Assembly (NCBI GenBank): GCA_037441845.1
Contig: JBBIRK010000005.1
Span: forward strand, 64,001 to 128,000
Direction: 5' to 3'
Length of the DNA: 64,000 nucleotides
Source: Candidatus Zixiibacteriota bacterium
GTDB lineage: Bacteria; Zixibacteria; MSB-5A5; UBA10806; 4484-95
In this document: in pieces, positions 48,861 to 58,439 of the stretch
Layout: every line of letters begins with the position of its first letter
Numbering within the stretch: the stretch's first letter is position 1
Translations under genes and position numbers: made by a program
The notes under the pieces: model-generated
Database searches by the model: none
Told to the model about the DNA's origin: nothing
The model's input: the letters and a program-made list of their open reading frames with translations, nothing else

Positions 48861-49333
48861 AAGATCACCTCGCCGCCGGTGAATATCATCAAGAGCATTC
48901 TCACCAAGACGCCGGCGACTATCATGGTGGTAATGGTTTGCACCACTCCCTGTCTTTCCATCCAGTTGGCTATCAATCCCGGTATGATGTATCCTATCGA
49001 TTGAAATTCGAGAGCGAACTCATCGGCCACTCCCCGCGGCGTGATCACGAAGAACTCCTTGGATATCCAGCCCAGACAAAAGCCGACGATGATGATCATC
49101 ACGGTGCGCCTTCTGCCGTAAATAAACATGTAATTCGACAACAGCCTGACGGTCAGAAACGTCAATAGCGACACTATAATCGTGCCCACGATCCTCAACG
49201 GGTGATGAATCATCAACGCCACGTAACCGGGGACCACCATGCCGCCTGCGGCCAATCCCAGGGATTCGGAAAACACCAGGCTGACCACCAAACCCAGGCC
49301 TATGGCCTGCATAATTAAACTCGCCTCAGGCAA
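48857..49333 (-). CDS. pgsC: Poly-gamma-glutamate biosynthesis protein PgsC/CapC
   Basis: GLVVSL.F.E..G..AGG.VVPGY.AL, YGRRR, IGYIIPGLIAN...RQG. Confidence 0.93.
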   Translation of the reverse strand: MPEASLIMQAIGLGLVVSLVFSESLGLAAGGMVVPGYVALMIHHPLRIVGTIIVSLLTFLTVRLLSNYMFIYGRRRTVMIIIVGFCLGWISKEFFVITPRGVADEFALEFQSIGYIIPGLIANWMERQGVVQTITTMIVAGVLVRMLLMIFTGGEVIL

Positions 49334-50498
49334 TCATCCTCCCGTTGCTGACAAAATGATTGACGATTTCTTCTCCCAAACCTACTATATTGCCTATCCC
49401 TACAACCAACGATTCTTCGGGTGTGATCGATTTTATGAATTCGAACACCTGGGCAGCCGATTGTCCGCCGATATCCTTGATTTTGGCCGGCGGCAAACCG
49501 CAATGAATCGCCCGATGCGTGAGCGCATGCGTATATTCGCCGCTTATAACGAAAAAATCGGCATCCAGCTCCTTGGCGATGAATTCTCCGAGTTGTTCGG
49601 CCCGCTGAATCCTGTCTTTGCGCGAATTAACCAGGACGATCAGCTTCCTTTGCGGCGTCCGGTGAATATCGAGCATGTTCCAAATCGCCCGGTAGCTGTC
49701 AGGATCATTGGCGGCGAACGCATTCACGAACTCGATTTTTTTGCCGTCGGGTTGAAGCATATATTTATGCAAAACCCCCGGATCGGGATTGATCGCATAC
49801 ATTCCTCTTAAGGCATCCTCTCTTCTTATGCCGAAATGACCGCAAACCGCCAGGGCGAGCGCGACGTTGTCTTTATGCTCGAGATACGCGAAGCCTCTTA
49901 AATCTTCGGAACCGATCCCCGAGGAATCGACAAACCGAACTTCTGTTTCGAGCGCTTTCGCCTTAGCCTTGAATAAGTCAAGAAATCTTTTCTCGGTCGT
50001 GAAGAGGATGCCGCGGCGGGGAATGGTGCCCGCCAAAGCCGCTGCGGCATCGTCGATCGTCGGACCCATGACATCGAGATGGTCGTCCCGCACGTTGGTG
50101 ATGACGCCGACGTGCGCTTTTATCATTCTATGTTCGGCTATCCATTGCAAGTCGGGCTGGACGGCCATACATTCAACCACGAAATATTCGGCTTTTTCGG
50201 ATGCGGCTTGTCTGCTGATTTTCAGTTGTTCGATAATATTCGGCTTGCCCACTCGATAGATCGGTTTTTCGTTTCCCGCCAAATCGATCGTTCGCGGTTT
50301 CGTTCCGGTGGTTTTGATAAATACCCGCTTTCCTCCCCCTTTGAGACCTCCGCCGATAAGTCTTGTCACCGATGATTTACCGCGGGTTCCGTTGATATGA
50401 ATTCTGACGGGGATCTGTTTCAGCACAAGTCGATGGCGATAGTGCTCCTGGAGACCATATACGACAAGTACCGCAAATAACAAGAAAACAACCCACAT
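49326..50498 (-). CDS. pgsB: Poly-gamma-glutamate synthase PgsB/CapB
   Basis: IP.RIH.NGTRGKSSVTRL, KTTGT, NI.EQ, ECMAVQP, ITNVR.DHLDVMGPT, PDPG, NAFAANDP.S, GIGNI.G. Confidence 0.95.
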   Translation of the reverse strand: MWVVFLLFAVLVVYGLQEHYRHRLVLKQIPVRIHINGTRGKSSVTRLIGGGLKGGGKRVFIKTTGTKPRTIDLAGNEKPIYRVGKPNIIEQLKISRQAASEKAEYFVVECMAVQPDLQWIAEHRMIKAHVGVITNVRDDHLDVMGPTIDDAAAALAGTIPRRGILFTTEKRFLDLFKAKAKALETEVRFVDSSGIGSEDLRGFAYLEHKDNVALALAVCGHFGIRREDALRGMYAINPDPGVLHKYMLQPDGKKIEFVNAFAANDPDSYRAIWNMLDIHRTPQRKLIVLVNSRKDRIQRAEQLGEFIAKELDADFFVISGEYTHALTHRAIHCGLPPAKIKDIGGQSAAQVFEFIKSITPEESLVVGIGNIVGLGEEIVNHFVSNGRMIA

Positions 50499-50536
50499 AA
50501 GCGCTTTTGCATGCCTTACTCTCCCCAGGCGATGAC

Positions 50537-50565
50537 AATATAAGTCTTCGCACTAAAATATGCAA
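50537..50565 (-). promoter_or_regulatory. Putative sigma70 promoter of the pgs operon
   Basis: TTGCAT-N17-TATATT on the minus strand. Confidence 0.55.
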
Positions 50566-50606
50566 ACCATTTTCAATCGGGGATTATGAAATATCGAATT
50601 ATCGGC

Positions 50607-51521
50607 TTATTTATTTTCGATCAGACGAAGTTCCAGTTCGTAACGATACAGATTGACCGGATCGGAATTACGATCGCCCGACGCATAGCCCCATCGCGAG
50701 CCCGGCCTTGGGGTCGAGCTGACAGCCGAGAATTTATTCAAGTCGGCGGCGAAATAAAAAGCTTTGTCGACATGGTATAGATGCAGAGGAATCAAACTTG
50801 TGTTTTGATTGCCGGCGACCTGCAATCTCATCATCAATTCAGAGTTGGGAAGCTCGCCATTTGGCCGCCCGGATATATCGACGGTTTTCAAGTTATGATC
50901 CACCAAAGGCAGCGATGGCGACCTATTGCCTCTCCAGCTTCCTTTTGGGCTCACTGCCGCAATAGACGAAAAATCGGCTGAGCGGAATTCCTCCAACTCA
51001 GAATCGCTCCCGCCGCCGTTTTCAACGTAGGAAATCGATCGAGGTTCGGGAGAAACCTTAGAATCTGCAGATAAATTCGCTCCGACCGGAACTGGATTGT
51101 CATCAGTATCATTTGCAACGGCGCCACTTGACGATTCCTGCAAAATAACGAGATCGCTCGCTACATCAGTCCCGCTATCGGGCGAAATCAGGATAACCAT
51201 AAGGATTATCATCAAAGAACTTGCCGCGAAAATCCGCAGGAACACAGGCAATCTTGACATGATAGTCCACCTGCGGTATTCTTTGGTTTGAGGAATTCTG
51301 GCCATGACCCTGGCCAAGGTGCGGTTACCGAAATTGCGCCAGTAAGCGCTTTCCGGCGGAGCCATGTCGACTCTTCGCGCCAAATAACCGATCCTCTGGA
51401 TTGTTTCGTATTCGGACAAACATTCGGCGCAGTCATTCAAATGCTCCTCCAACCACCGGCATTCCCCCAACGCCCCATCCAAGTACGGACCGATCAATCT
51501 TCTATTCTTGCAATTTCCCAT
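50607..51521 (-). CDS. Zinc-finger (ZAS/zf-HC2) transmembrane anti-sigma factor
   Basis: C...LI..YLDG.L...HL..C..C, one TM helix, extracytoplasmic tail; overlaps the ECF sigma gene. Confidence 0.8.
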   Translation of the reverse strand: MGNCKNRRLIGPYLDGALGECRWLEEHLNDCAECLSEYETIQRIGYLARRVDMAPPESAYWRNFGNRTLARVMARIPQTKEYRRWTIMSRLPVFLRIFAASSLMIILMVILISPDSGTDVASDLVILQESSSGAVANDTDDNPVPVGANLSADSKVSPEPRSISYVENGGGSDSELEEFRSADFSSIAAVSPKGSWRGNRSPSLPLVDHNLKTVDISGRPNGELPNSELMMRLQVAGNQNTSLIPLHLYHVDKAFYFAADLNKFSAVSSTPRPGSRWGYASGDRNSDPVNLYRYELELRLIENK

Positions 51522-52098
51522 TTTTCGTTTTTTCCGCGTTTTTTAGAATTTCCCTCAGCCTGTTTCGCGCTCTGAAAAGACGGGACATCACGGTGCCGAC
51601 GGAACAACCCATTATTTCGGCGATTTTATCGTAGGGCAAATCGTCATAAGTCCTGAGGATTAGCGTCATCCGCTGATTCGGCGGCAACTCATCGAGAGCT
51701 TTTCTGAACAGATCGAGCTCCTCACGCCCGATAAGACGGTCGAGCTGATCGGGGCTTTCCGGTATATTTTCGAGAAAGACCCGACTCCCGGGATTATCGA
51801 GGGAAATCGAAAAACTTGCGTGTTTGATATAATTCAACACGTGATTCACCGTTATCCTGTATAGCCAAGTGTAAAAGCTCCTCCCCTGCTGGAAACTATG
51901 TAATGCCATATATGCTTTGACGAAACTTTCCTGGGCAAGTTCATCGGCAAGATCATGGCTTTTCGTCATCCGCAAAGCCACATAATACACCTTTTGCTGA
52001 TATTTGAGCACGAGCTTCTCGAACGCCCTTATGTCGCCTGCCAAAACTCGGTCTATAACCGGCTGATCGTCATTCTCTGACATTAACGATGCGTCCAT
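51502..52098 (-). CDS. ECF RNA polymerase sigma-70 factor (RpoE/SigW-like)
   Basis: GD..AF..LV.KYQ, A.ELAQE.FVKAY, F.TWLYRI.VN, Y.KIAEIM.C.VGTVMSRL.RAR. Confidence 0.93.
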   Translation of the reverse strand: MDASLMSENDDQPVIDRVLAGDIRAFEKLVLKYQQKVYYVALRMTKSHDLADELAQESFVKAYMALHSFQQGRSFYTWLYRITVNHVLNYIKHASFSISLDNPGSRVFLENIPESPDQLDRLIGREELDLFRKALDELPPNQRMTLILRTYDDLPYDKIAEIMGCSVGTVMSRLFRARNRLREILKNAEKTKNGKLQE

Positions 52099-52109
52099 AC
52101 ATTCCCTGA

Positions 52110-53120
52110 TTATTTATACACCCCAGCCTGGTTTTTATTCCCCGATTTGATAGCCTGATCCATTCGGCATAGCAGTTGTCTAAGCAAATGCCCCTTGGCG
52201 ATTTGACCCGATTTCAGGGCGATTTCGCACTCGTAAATCGCATGAAGACATTCGGTTATGCAACTCTGAGACAAAGTCGCAGCCGTTTTTTTCAATTTCT
52301 CCGCGTAACTAATATAGGAATCACCGTAACCAATCGCTCGAGCAAAAGCCATGGCCGACATGTTCGATGATTTCGCCAGATTCAATTTCAAGAAATGATC
52401 TTTCAATCGAAACAGAATCGTTCCCTCGGATTCTTTGGCAAGCAAGAGTTGATTCAATAATTTCAGGGCGCCGGCGATATCCCCGCCTGTGATTTTTACA
52501 GGTAAATCGGTTGCCGTACCGAACACGCTGCCACCGCACATCTGTGAAATCGCCTCTTTGGTGATAGGTTGCTGCGGACCGACATAGAGGGAAAGCTTTT
52601 CTATTTCTTGACGAATACGACCTGCGTCGGTGCCGATAGTCTCGACAAGATAGAGCGCGTTTTCCTGCGATATCACCGTTTTCATTTCCGCGGCCAGAGC
52701 CGTAGCCATCTCGGCGGCTTTTTGGGGCGTCAGTTCCCTGAATTCGATACAAGATTTTCTATCGACCAACAAGGTTTTGAATATCTTCTTCCTCATGTCG
52801 ATTTTTTCGCAGGTGAGCACCAGACACGAATAATCGGGAATCTGTTTGACGAACTTTTCGAGTAAATCGAGGGCTTTAGGATATAGTCTTTCGATATCCC
52901 GCAGCACCGTAACCCGCAAAACCGATCCCATCGGGGGCGAAGAGGCGCTGTTTATCAATGCCGTCATATCTATTCCGCGACCTCCGAACAAAGCATAATC
53001 GAATGGTTCAAATCCCGGAGTTATCACCGCCGAAACAAGGTCCTTGATGCGTTTCCATTTTAGAAATTCCTCGGGACCATGGAATAGATAATACCTTCTG
53101 ATTTCAGCGATCAGCGACAT
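52110..53120 (-). CDS. holA: DNA polymerase III delta subunit
   Basis: YYLFHG.EEFL, F.Y..F.G, A...PM....RV, D.RKK..K, G.D...I.QEIEKL.LY, D/E..LKSG. Confidence 0.82.
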   Translation of the reverse strand: MSLIAEIRRYYLFHGPEEFLKWKRIKDLVSAVITPGFEPFDYALFGGRGIDMTALINSASSPPMGSVLRVTVLRDIERLYPKALDLLEKFVKQIPDYSCLVLTCEKIDMRKKIFKTLLVDRKSCIEFRELTPQKAAEMATALAAEMKTVISQENALYLVETIGTDAGRIRQEIEKLSLYVGPQQPITKEAISQMCGGSVFGTATDLPVKITGGDIAGALKLLNQLLLAKESEGTILFRLKDHFLKLNLAKSSNMSAMAFARAIGYGDSYISYAEKLKKTAATLSQSCITECLHAIYECEIALKSGQIAKGHLLRQLLCRMDQAIKSGNKNQAGVYK

Positions 53121-53189
53121 ACCCGATTCTCGCTTTCGATATTTTCAGCGGTATGAATATACCTTCAAGTTTCCACTATAAAATAACGA

Positions 53190-53224
53190 AGCCGGGGAAA
53201 ATCGCAAGCGGCAAATCCCCGGCT
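53190..53224 (-). terminator. Probable terminator of the M14-M1 peptidase operon
   Basis: AGCCGGGGA/TCCCCGGCT stem followed by a T-rich tract on the minus strand. Confidence 0.55.
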
Positions 53225-53245
53225 AAAGAAAAGCTAACCGGCATT

Positions 53246-55231
53246 TCAGCGAATTAAATTCATTTTCCGCGAGATCCGACCATTTTCCGATTGGAGGCGA
53301 TAGAAATAAACTCCGGATCCTGCGGGCGCACCTTCCCGATCGGTGCCGTCCCAGATTATCCGATGTCCACCGGCGGCTTGTCTTTCGTCTATCAGCGTCT
53401 TCACGAGGCGGCCCGATAGGTCGAAAACATCGATCCGAACGTTCCCTTCATGCCCGAGGCTGTAATCGATCACCGTCGAGGAGTTAAAAGGATTTGGATA
53501 ATTTTGACTCAAATCGAACACGTCCGGCTTTTCGGGTCGATTTTCGATATCGGTGTATTGCTCGACTTCTTTTATCAAATCGTTTTCCGGATCGAAAATC
53601 AGGTTGTTAGGGCGACGGGAGAGAAATACCGTGAAACCCTGAGATTGCAGCGAATCCCAGACGACGAACGTGGTATCCGCACCGCCGGGAAATATCGCCT
53701 TGAAAGTTATCGGCATCTTGAATATAGGGGCGTTGCTTTGCGTTTGATGTACAGTGATGCTGACCGGATATGTACCGCCAATATCCTGAGAATACCAGCT
53801 CCAAAGATATTCGGGATGACCGGGTTGATATATCCACTGGTCGAAAAACCAATCCAGATCGCCGTAATGGGCCTCGAAATGCGCTTTCAACTCCTCCGTG
53901 CTGGCATTGCCGTAAGCATATTCAACGGCGTAATTCCTGATAGCGGCGAAAAAGTTTTGATCCCCCAGCAAACGTCGCAGCATATGCAGCACGAGAGCGC
54001 CCTTTTCATATTCGCAGGCTCCGAAAAGATAACCCGCCGGCGGATCGAATATCGCATAACGGCGTTGCTGATCCTCTTGCAAATAGGAGTTCAAAAATCC
54101 GTCACGCCTTTGCTGAAACGAGGCGTAACCATAGCGATACTCCGTATAAAGCGCATCGAAATAGGTGGCGAAACTCTCGTTCAACCATATATGTCGCCAG
54201 TCGGCCATGGTCACTAAATCCCCGAACCACATATGCGCGAGTTCATGGGCATCGATCCACTCATAGCGTCGATCGCCGGTTATCAAGTTATGGCCGTAGG
54301 TGGTGCAGGTTTGGTGCTCCATAGCGCCCCAGCCGTTGAAAATCGAGGCTTGAACCACAGAGTATTTTTCGCCCAGAAAAGGGTAGGGCACGACCAGATT
54401 GGAATAAAATTGAATCATTTCGGGGGTGTTAGCAAGATCATAGGCGGCGCTCGCCGAATCCTGAGGATAAGCGTAATATTCGACAGAAACCGTATCCGAG
54501 CCGACAAATGCAGAGTCGATTATCCGAGCATAACGGGCGACAGCTATCGAGATGAGATAGGTGGTTATGGGATAGCTTTCGCGCCAGTGCCAAGTATATT
54601 TATTGTTACCTTCGTTTATTACCTCTATAAGTTTGCCGTTGGAAATAGCGGTTCTATTTCCCTCCACGGTGCAATATACATCGCAAGTGGCCTTGTCCCA
54701 AGGTTCGTCGTAGCAAGGCCACCAGTAACGGGCATCAGCCGGCTCCACCATCGAATAAGTGTGATCTTCGCCGTAGCGGGTCGAAGCGAAGTAAAGGCCG
54801 CTCGAGGGGAATCCGTGATAGTGAATATCTATCGTAAAAGTGTCGCCCTGATTCAATTGCGGAGTTAAAACCCATATTTTGCCACTGCGTCTTCTGAAAG
54901 TCGCCGGATTGCCGTCGTAGCGAACCGAATCGACCGTAAGCGAAATCAGGTGAAGATCCACGGAATCGAGGGCGCTGTTGGCGACCGCTCTCATAGCCAT
55001 ATGCGCTGTCCTGATATTATCCGCCTGCTCGTTCAAATCAATCCTCAAGGTGTAATGAAGCGCGTCATAACTGTGAACGGAATCGAAAAGAGCCAGTCCG
55101 GGATCAATGAATTTGCTCTTGGATTCTTCGGCCCGGCGCAGAAGATCATAGCTTCCCTGATATGGTGTCTGTCCGGCGGCTATTCCAGCCGATACGATTG
55201 CCGCCAGTACCGCGATTAAGAACCTTTGCAT
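53246..55231 (-). CDS. Secreted M1 family aminopeptidase with T9SS type A/FlgD-Ig-like C-terminal domain
   Basis: GAMEH, HELAH.WFG...W.NE zinc motif, YEKGA.VLHMLR; NYPNPFNSST...KMNLIR. Confidence 0.92.
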   Translation of the reverse strand: MQRFLIAVLAAIVSAGIAAGQTPYQGSYDLLRRAEESKSKFIDPGLALFDSVHSYDALHYTLRIDLNEQADNIRTAHMAMRAVANSALDSVDLHLISLTVDSVRYDGNPATFRRRSGKIWVLTPQLNQGDTFTIDIHYHGFPSSGLYFASTRYGEDHTYSMVEPADARYWWPCYDEPWDKATCDVYCTVEGNRTAISNGKLIEVINEGNNKYTWHWRESYPITTYLISIAVARYARIIDSAFVGSDTVSVEYYAYPQDSASAAYDLANTPEMIQFYSNLVVPYPFLGEKYSVVQASIFNGWGAMEHQTCTTYGHNLITGDRRYEWIDAHELAHMWFGDLVTMADWRHIWLNESFATYFDALYTEYRYGYASFQQRRDGFLNSYLQEDQQRRYAIFDPPAGYLFGACEYEKGALVLHMLRRLLGDQNFFAAIRNYAVEYAYGNASTEELKAHFEAHYGDLDWFFDQWIYQPGHPEYLWSWYSQDIGGTYPVSITVHQTQSNAPIFKMPITFKAIFPGGADTTFVVWDSLQSQGFTVFLSRRPNNLIFDPENDLIKEVEQYTDIENRPEKPDVFDLSQNYPNPFNSSTVIDYSLGHEGNVRIDVFDLSGRLVKTLIDERQAAGGHRIIWDGTDREGAPAGSGVYFYRLQSENGRISRKMNLIR

Positions 55232-55256
55232 GCTGTAATCAACTCCATCCTGTAAT

Positions 55257-57524
55257 TTAACGGATAAGGGTCATTCGCTTTGCGAACGACTTTTCCGGAG
55301 TTTCTATTTTTACGAAATAAATCCCCGAAGCGACATCGATACCGGCATCGTTGCGAGCATCCCAGATAATCTTATGCACGCCTGAGTTATACTGATTTTC
55401 CCCGAACGATCTGACCAGTCTTCCGGCAAGATCATAAACTTCCAACTTTATCGTTGTCCACGCGGGGGTGGCGAATGTGATAGTAGTGCTCGAATTAAAT
55501 GGATTGGGGTAATTACGGGCCGATTCGAAAGCGTCGGGCGCTTGTATGTCGTCGTCAACAGAAACTTGGAGATCGACTAACACACGTTCCATGCCGGAAT
55601 ATATAGACCACTGGTTCTCGGCGTCGCGGGCCCTTGCGGTATAATAATAAATGCCGCTTTGCCTTCCTTGTATCAAATACAGCGTGTCGGTAATATTCGA
55701 GGAAAGCACGACTTCATTGGTGAATCGGGCAATCGGCTGGATATCGTCGAAATAGATACCGCCGCTGTGAACGCTGCCGTCGGTTTCATAGGAATATCGT
55801 ATCATTACGCTCATACCTGCATATTGGTTGAGCGGGAACGTGGCCCGCCTCCATGAGGATTGGCTGCCGGTGATGCCGTTTCCCCGGTTGTTGTTGTGAG
55901 GATTGTTGTTGGTCGTGATATTACCCGGGATAGTGAAAAAAGTATTTCCGTTATCGGTGGAAAGCTCGACGTATGCATAATCCCAGCCATCCTCGATATT
56001 GTAGCTGGTGTAAAACGAAAGCGTCTCCGCCGGCTGAACGAACAGACTTGAAAGCAAATAGGCTCTCGCCCGGTAATTATTCTCGTCTCCCGAATACAGG
56101 CTGTGCGACGGCGATCGATAGCGTGTGGATGAAATGGAGAAATTTTCCATCCGCCAATTTACGCCATCGTTTTCAAGACTATCGATCGTTCGTTGATATC
56201 CCGACTTTTCCACGAGCTCATAGGCGACGGCCGGATTGGCGGAATCGACATGTGTCCAGGTCACCGTAAAGGTATCGGTATAGACGGTATCTCTTGCGTG
56301 TAAGACCGGGGCTTTCGGAGGAGCGATCGAACGCGGATTCGCCGCCAGTTGGGTGAGGAAAATAGCAGCCGGCAATAGCTGCGCATTGAGTTCCGGTATC
56401 CGCGAGGGCGTCGGCCAGAAACCATCGAACTGGCTTCCGGTTTCCGTGGCCACGGCGAAAATCAACGGTTTTTCGGTCTGTTCGCCGTATTGCCAATCGT
56501 TAGCCTCGCCGTTGGTATTATAGAGCAACTGCCAGGGCGTTCCGGAGGTATAATCGGGCAAAATGGCCCTTATCGAATCGGCCATGGCTTCAAAAATATC
56601 GTTATCCGGAGTCAGCGAATCGGCGAATCCCCAAGGATACAGGAAATAATCACCATAAGTGTGGGCGTTGAGAATTATCGAAAAATCGCGGGAATTGATA
56701 TATTGTCTTAGACATTGGGTTTCCGGTTCCGAAAATGCCGACGGTCCCCGATAAGTTTCTGAACTTGGTTCCGGCGATGATCCCACGTTGTCGTAACCCC
56801 ATCTATAACCCCAATTCCGATTGAGATCGACCGCCCCGGGAGAGCTTCGTCTGTTTTTCCGCCACAGTCCGCCGCCGTTCGGATTGGTCTGGCGATTGTA
56901 TTCGTAACCATCGGGATTAACCACGGGCATGAAATAAATCTCACGGCTGTTCACCAGTTCGGTCGCCACCGGGTCGGTGCCGTAGTTTTGACACAGCCAG
57001 CGGGCATAGTTGATTTGCCATTGCATACCTTGTGGCTCTCTGGCGTGTATCAAAGCGTTGAAAAATATCTCCGGCTCGGGCTCGTCGATATCGACGTTAT
57101 CGGATATCTTGAACACCCACTGGGCTCTTCCCTGCCATGTATATCCGACCGAATCGCGCGCGGAGACGATCGCCGGATACATCTGTCTCAGCGAATCCAT
57201 AAAGGCAAGAACTTCCGGAAAGGTGTGATAACCACCCATCGTGGTTCCGACCGGATAGCGGCTTTGATAAAAAGCGGATAGGTCCTGATGGATCACGCGA
57301 TGCTTCAAACCTGACCGCTCTATCGCCGGAAGATCCTCGGGAAAAGCGACGACTTCGGCTCCTTCCGCGTCGATAAAGGGGATATCGAGTCCCAGAGTCA
57401 TCAATCTCGCGGCATCTTCGCGGCCTGACAACAATACTTTCACCAGCATCGGATTCTCCGATAATTCCATCGAGAAACCGAATGAAGCCAGCAGCATCAA
57501 TATCATCATGGTCTTGATCAACAT
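55257..57524 (-). CDS. Secreted M14 family (carboxypeptidase T-like) zinc carboxypeptidase with jelly-roll domain and C-terminal sorting domain
   Basis: HARE, NPDGY, WRKNRR, VDLNRNW, Y.G...FSEPET, HTYG; NYPNPFNSST...RMTLIR. Confidence 0.92.
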   Translation of the reverse strand: MLIKTMMILMLLASFGFSMELSENPMLVKVLLSGREDAARLMTLGLDIPFIDAEGAEVVAFPEDLPAIERSGLKHRVIHQDLSAFYQSRYPVGTTMGGYHTFPEVLAFMDSLRQMYPAIVSARDSVGYTWQGRAQWVFKISDNVDIDEPEPEIFFNALIHAREPQGMQWQINYARWLCQNYGTDPVATELVNSREIYFMPVVNPDGYEYNRQTNPNGGGLWRKNRRSSPGAVDLNRNWGYRWGYDNVGSSPEPSSETYRGPSAFSEPETQCLRQYINSRDFSIILNAHTYGDYFLYPWGFADSLTPDNDIFEAMADSIRAILPDYTSGTPWQLLYNTNGEANDWQYGEQTEKPLIFAVATETGSQFDGFWPTPSRIPELNAQLLPAAIFLTQLAANPRSIAPPKAPVLHARDTVYTDTFTVTWTHVDSANPAVAYELVEKSGYQRTIDSLENDGVNWRMENFSISSTRYRSPSHSLYSGDENNYRARAYLLSSLFVQPAETLSFYTSYNIEDGWDYAYVELSTDNGNTFFTIPGNITTNNNPHNNNRGNGITGSQSSWRRATFPLNQYAGMSVMIRYSYETDGSVHSGGIYFDDIQPIARFTNEVVLSSNITDTLYLIQGRQSGIYYYTARARDAENQWSIYSGMERVLVDLQVSVDDDIQAPDAFESARNYPNPFNSSTTITFATPAWTTIKLEVYDLAGRLVRSFGENQYNSGVHKIIWDARNDAGIDVASGIYFVKIETPEKSFAKRMTLIR

Positions 57525-57607
57525 CGTTTCTCCTTTTGAAATATCAACAGGGAAGGCATCGTCTTAGGTTCCACTATTCTAATGCCTGAGACCTTATTAT
57601 TTCATAA

Positions 57608-57635
57608 AATATAACATTATAAGTTCAATAGTCAA
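57608..57635 (-). promoter_or_regulatory. Putative sigma70 promoter of the M14-M1 operon
   Basis: TTGACT-N16-TATATT on the minus strand. Confidence 0.6.
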
Positions 57636-57718
57636 ATTAGTCGCTTGAATTCCTGGTGGCGCGCCGAAAGGTCGGGTGAAAAATGAGGATCCACCGTCAA
57701 GGTCCATTATCAATCCCA

Positions 57719-58096
57719 CTATGGGTTGAGATTATCCGGGGCAAGATTTTCCTCCGATGGTATCCAGTTTAGCGTAAAAGGTATTTTCTGCCTGTAATCT
57801 CGGGCCAGGCTGCAAAACGGCTCGAGGCGGCGGTTCGGCGCACTCTGGTCATTCACCTGACTGACCACAGCGAAATTATTGCCGAGTATCTCCACCCGCC
57901 TGTCCTTGAAAAGATGATTGTTGAGTTCTATGAATTCAAGAAGGGCAAGCAGGCTGGCATATTCGCATTCATCCTGCATCCCTTTGTATTGTCCTTTGAA
58001 TCTTATACCGAGCTCGGGAATGTAGAAACTCACGAAACCATTGAACATCGAATCCTGATCGTCTTCACGAGCGAAACCTTGAAAGTAGCATTTCAT
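57719..58096 (-). CDS. RNase HI-like protein with degenerate active site, paralogue B
   Basis: YFQG ... EYASLL.LLE ... EILGNNFAVVSQ ... WIPSEENLA; clearly paralogous to 9654..10121; GGAGGC RBS. Confidence 0.65.
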   Translation of the reverse strand: MKCYFQGFAREDDQDSMFNGFVSFYIPELGIRFKGQYKGMQDECEYASLLALLEFIELNNHLFKDRRVEILGNNFAVVSQVNDQSAPNRRLEPFCSLARDYRQKIPFTLNWIPSEENLAPDNLNP

Positions 58097-58135
58097 AGCG
58101 GCCTCCAGTTATTCAGCTCATCCGATCTTTCAAAC

Positions 58136-58154
58136 ATGCAAAAGCCATACCTCA
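58136..58154 (-). promoter_or_regulatory. Putative sigma54 (-24/-12) promoter
   Basis: TGAGGTATGGCTTTTGCAT = GG-N10-GC with TTGCA; 14 of 19 positions identical to the element at 10148-10166. Confidence 0.65.
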
Positions 58155-58439
58155 AAACGCCGTATATAGGCCTCCTTAATGGGCCTTAAAGTGGATCCCG
58201 CCATCTGCCCTATCACCATGACCCACAATAGGATACATCATGCATCATGGCAAACTTATATATTCCGTGTTAATTTTAGCCGCCTGCTGCGAAGTTTTCG
58301 GATCAACCCGAATCAAAATTATGCAATAGTATTCATAGTATTGGAACGGGCTTCGGCTTCAAGGCGAATTTTCCGAGAACGGTTTCCCGGCTGCCGCATA
58401 TCAGCATCTTTCGATTTGTCAATTGACCCGATCGGTCTA

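Noticed and set aside
50559..50578. Sigma54-like element upstream of pgsB
   Set aside because: It has TG instead of the invariant GG at -24; the TTGCAT fits better as a -35 with TATATT 17 nt downstream.
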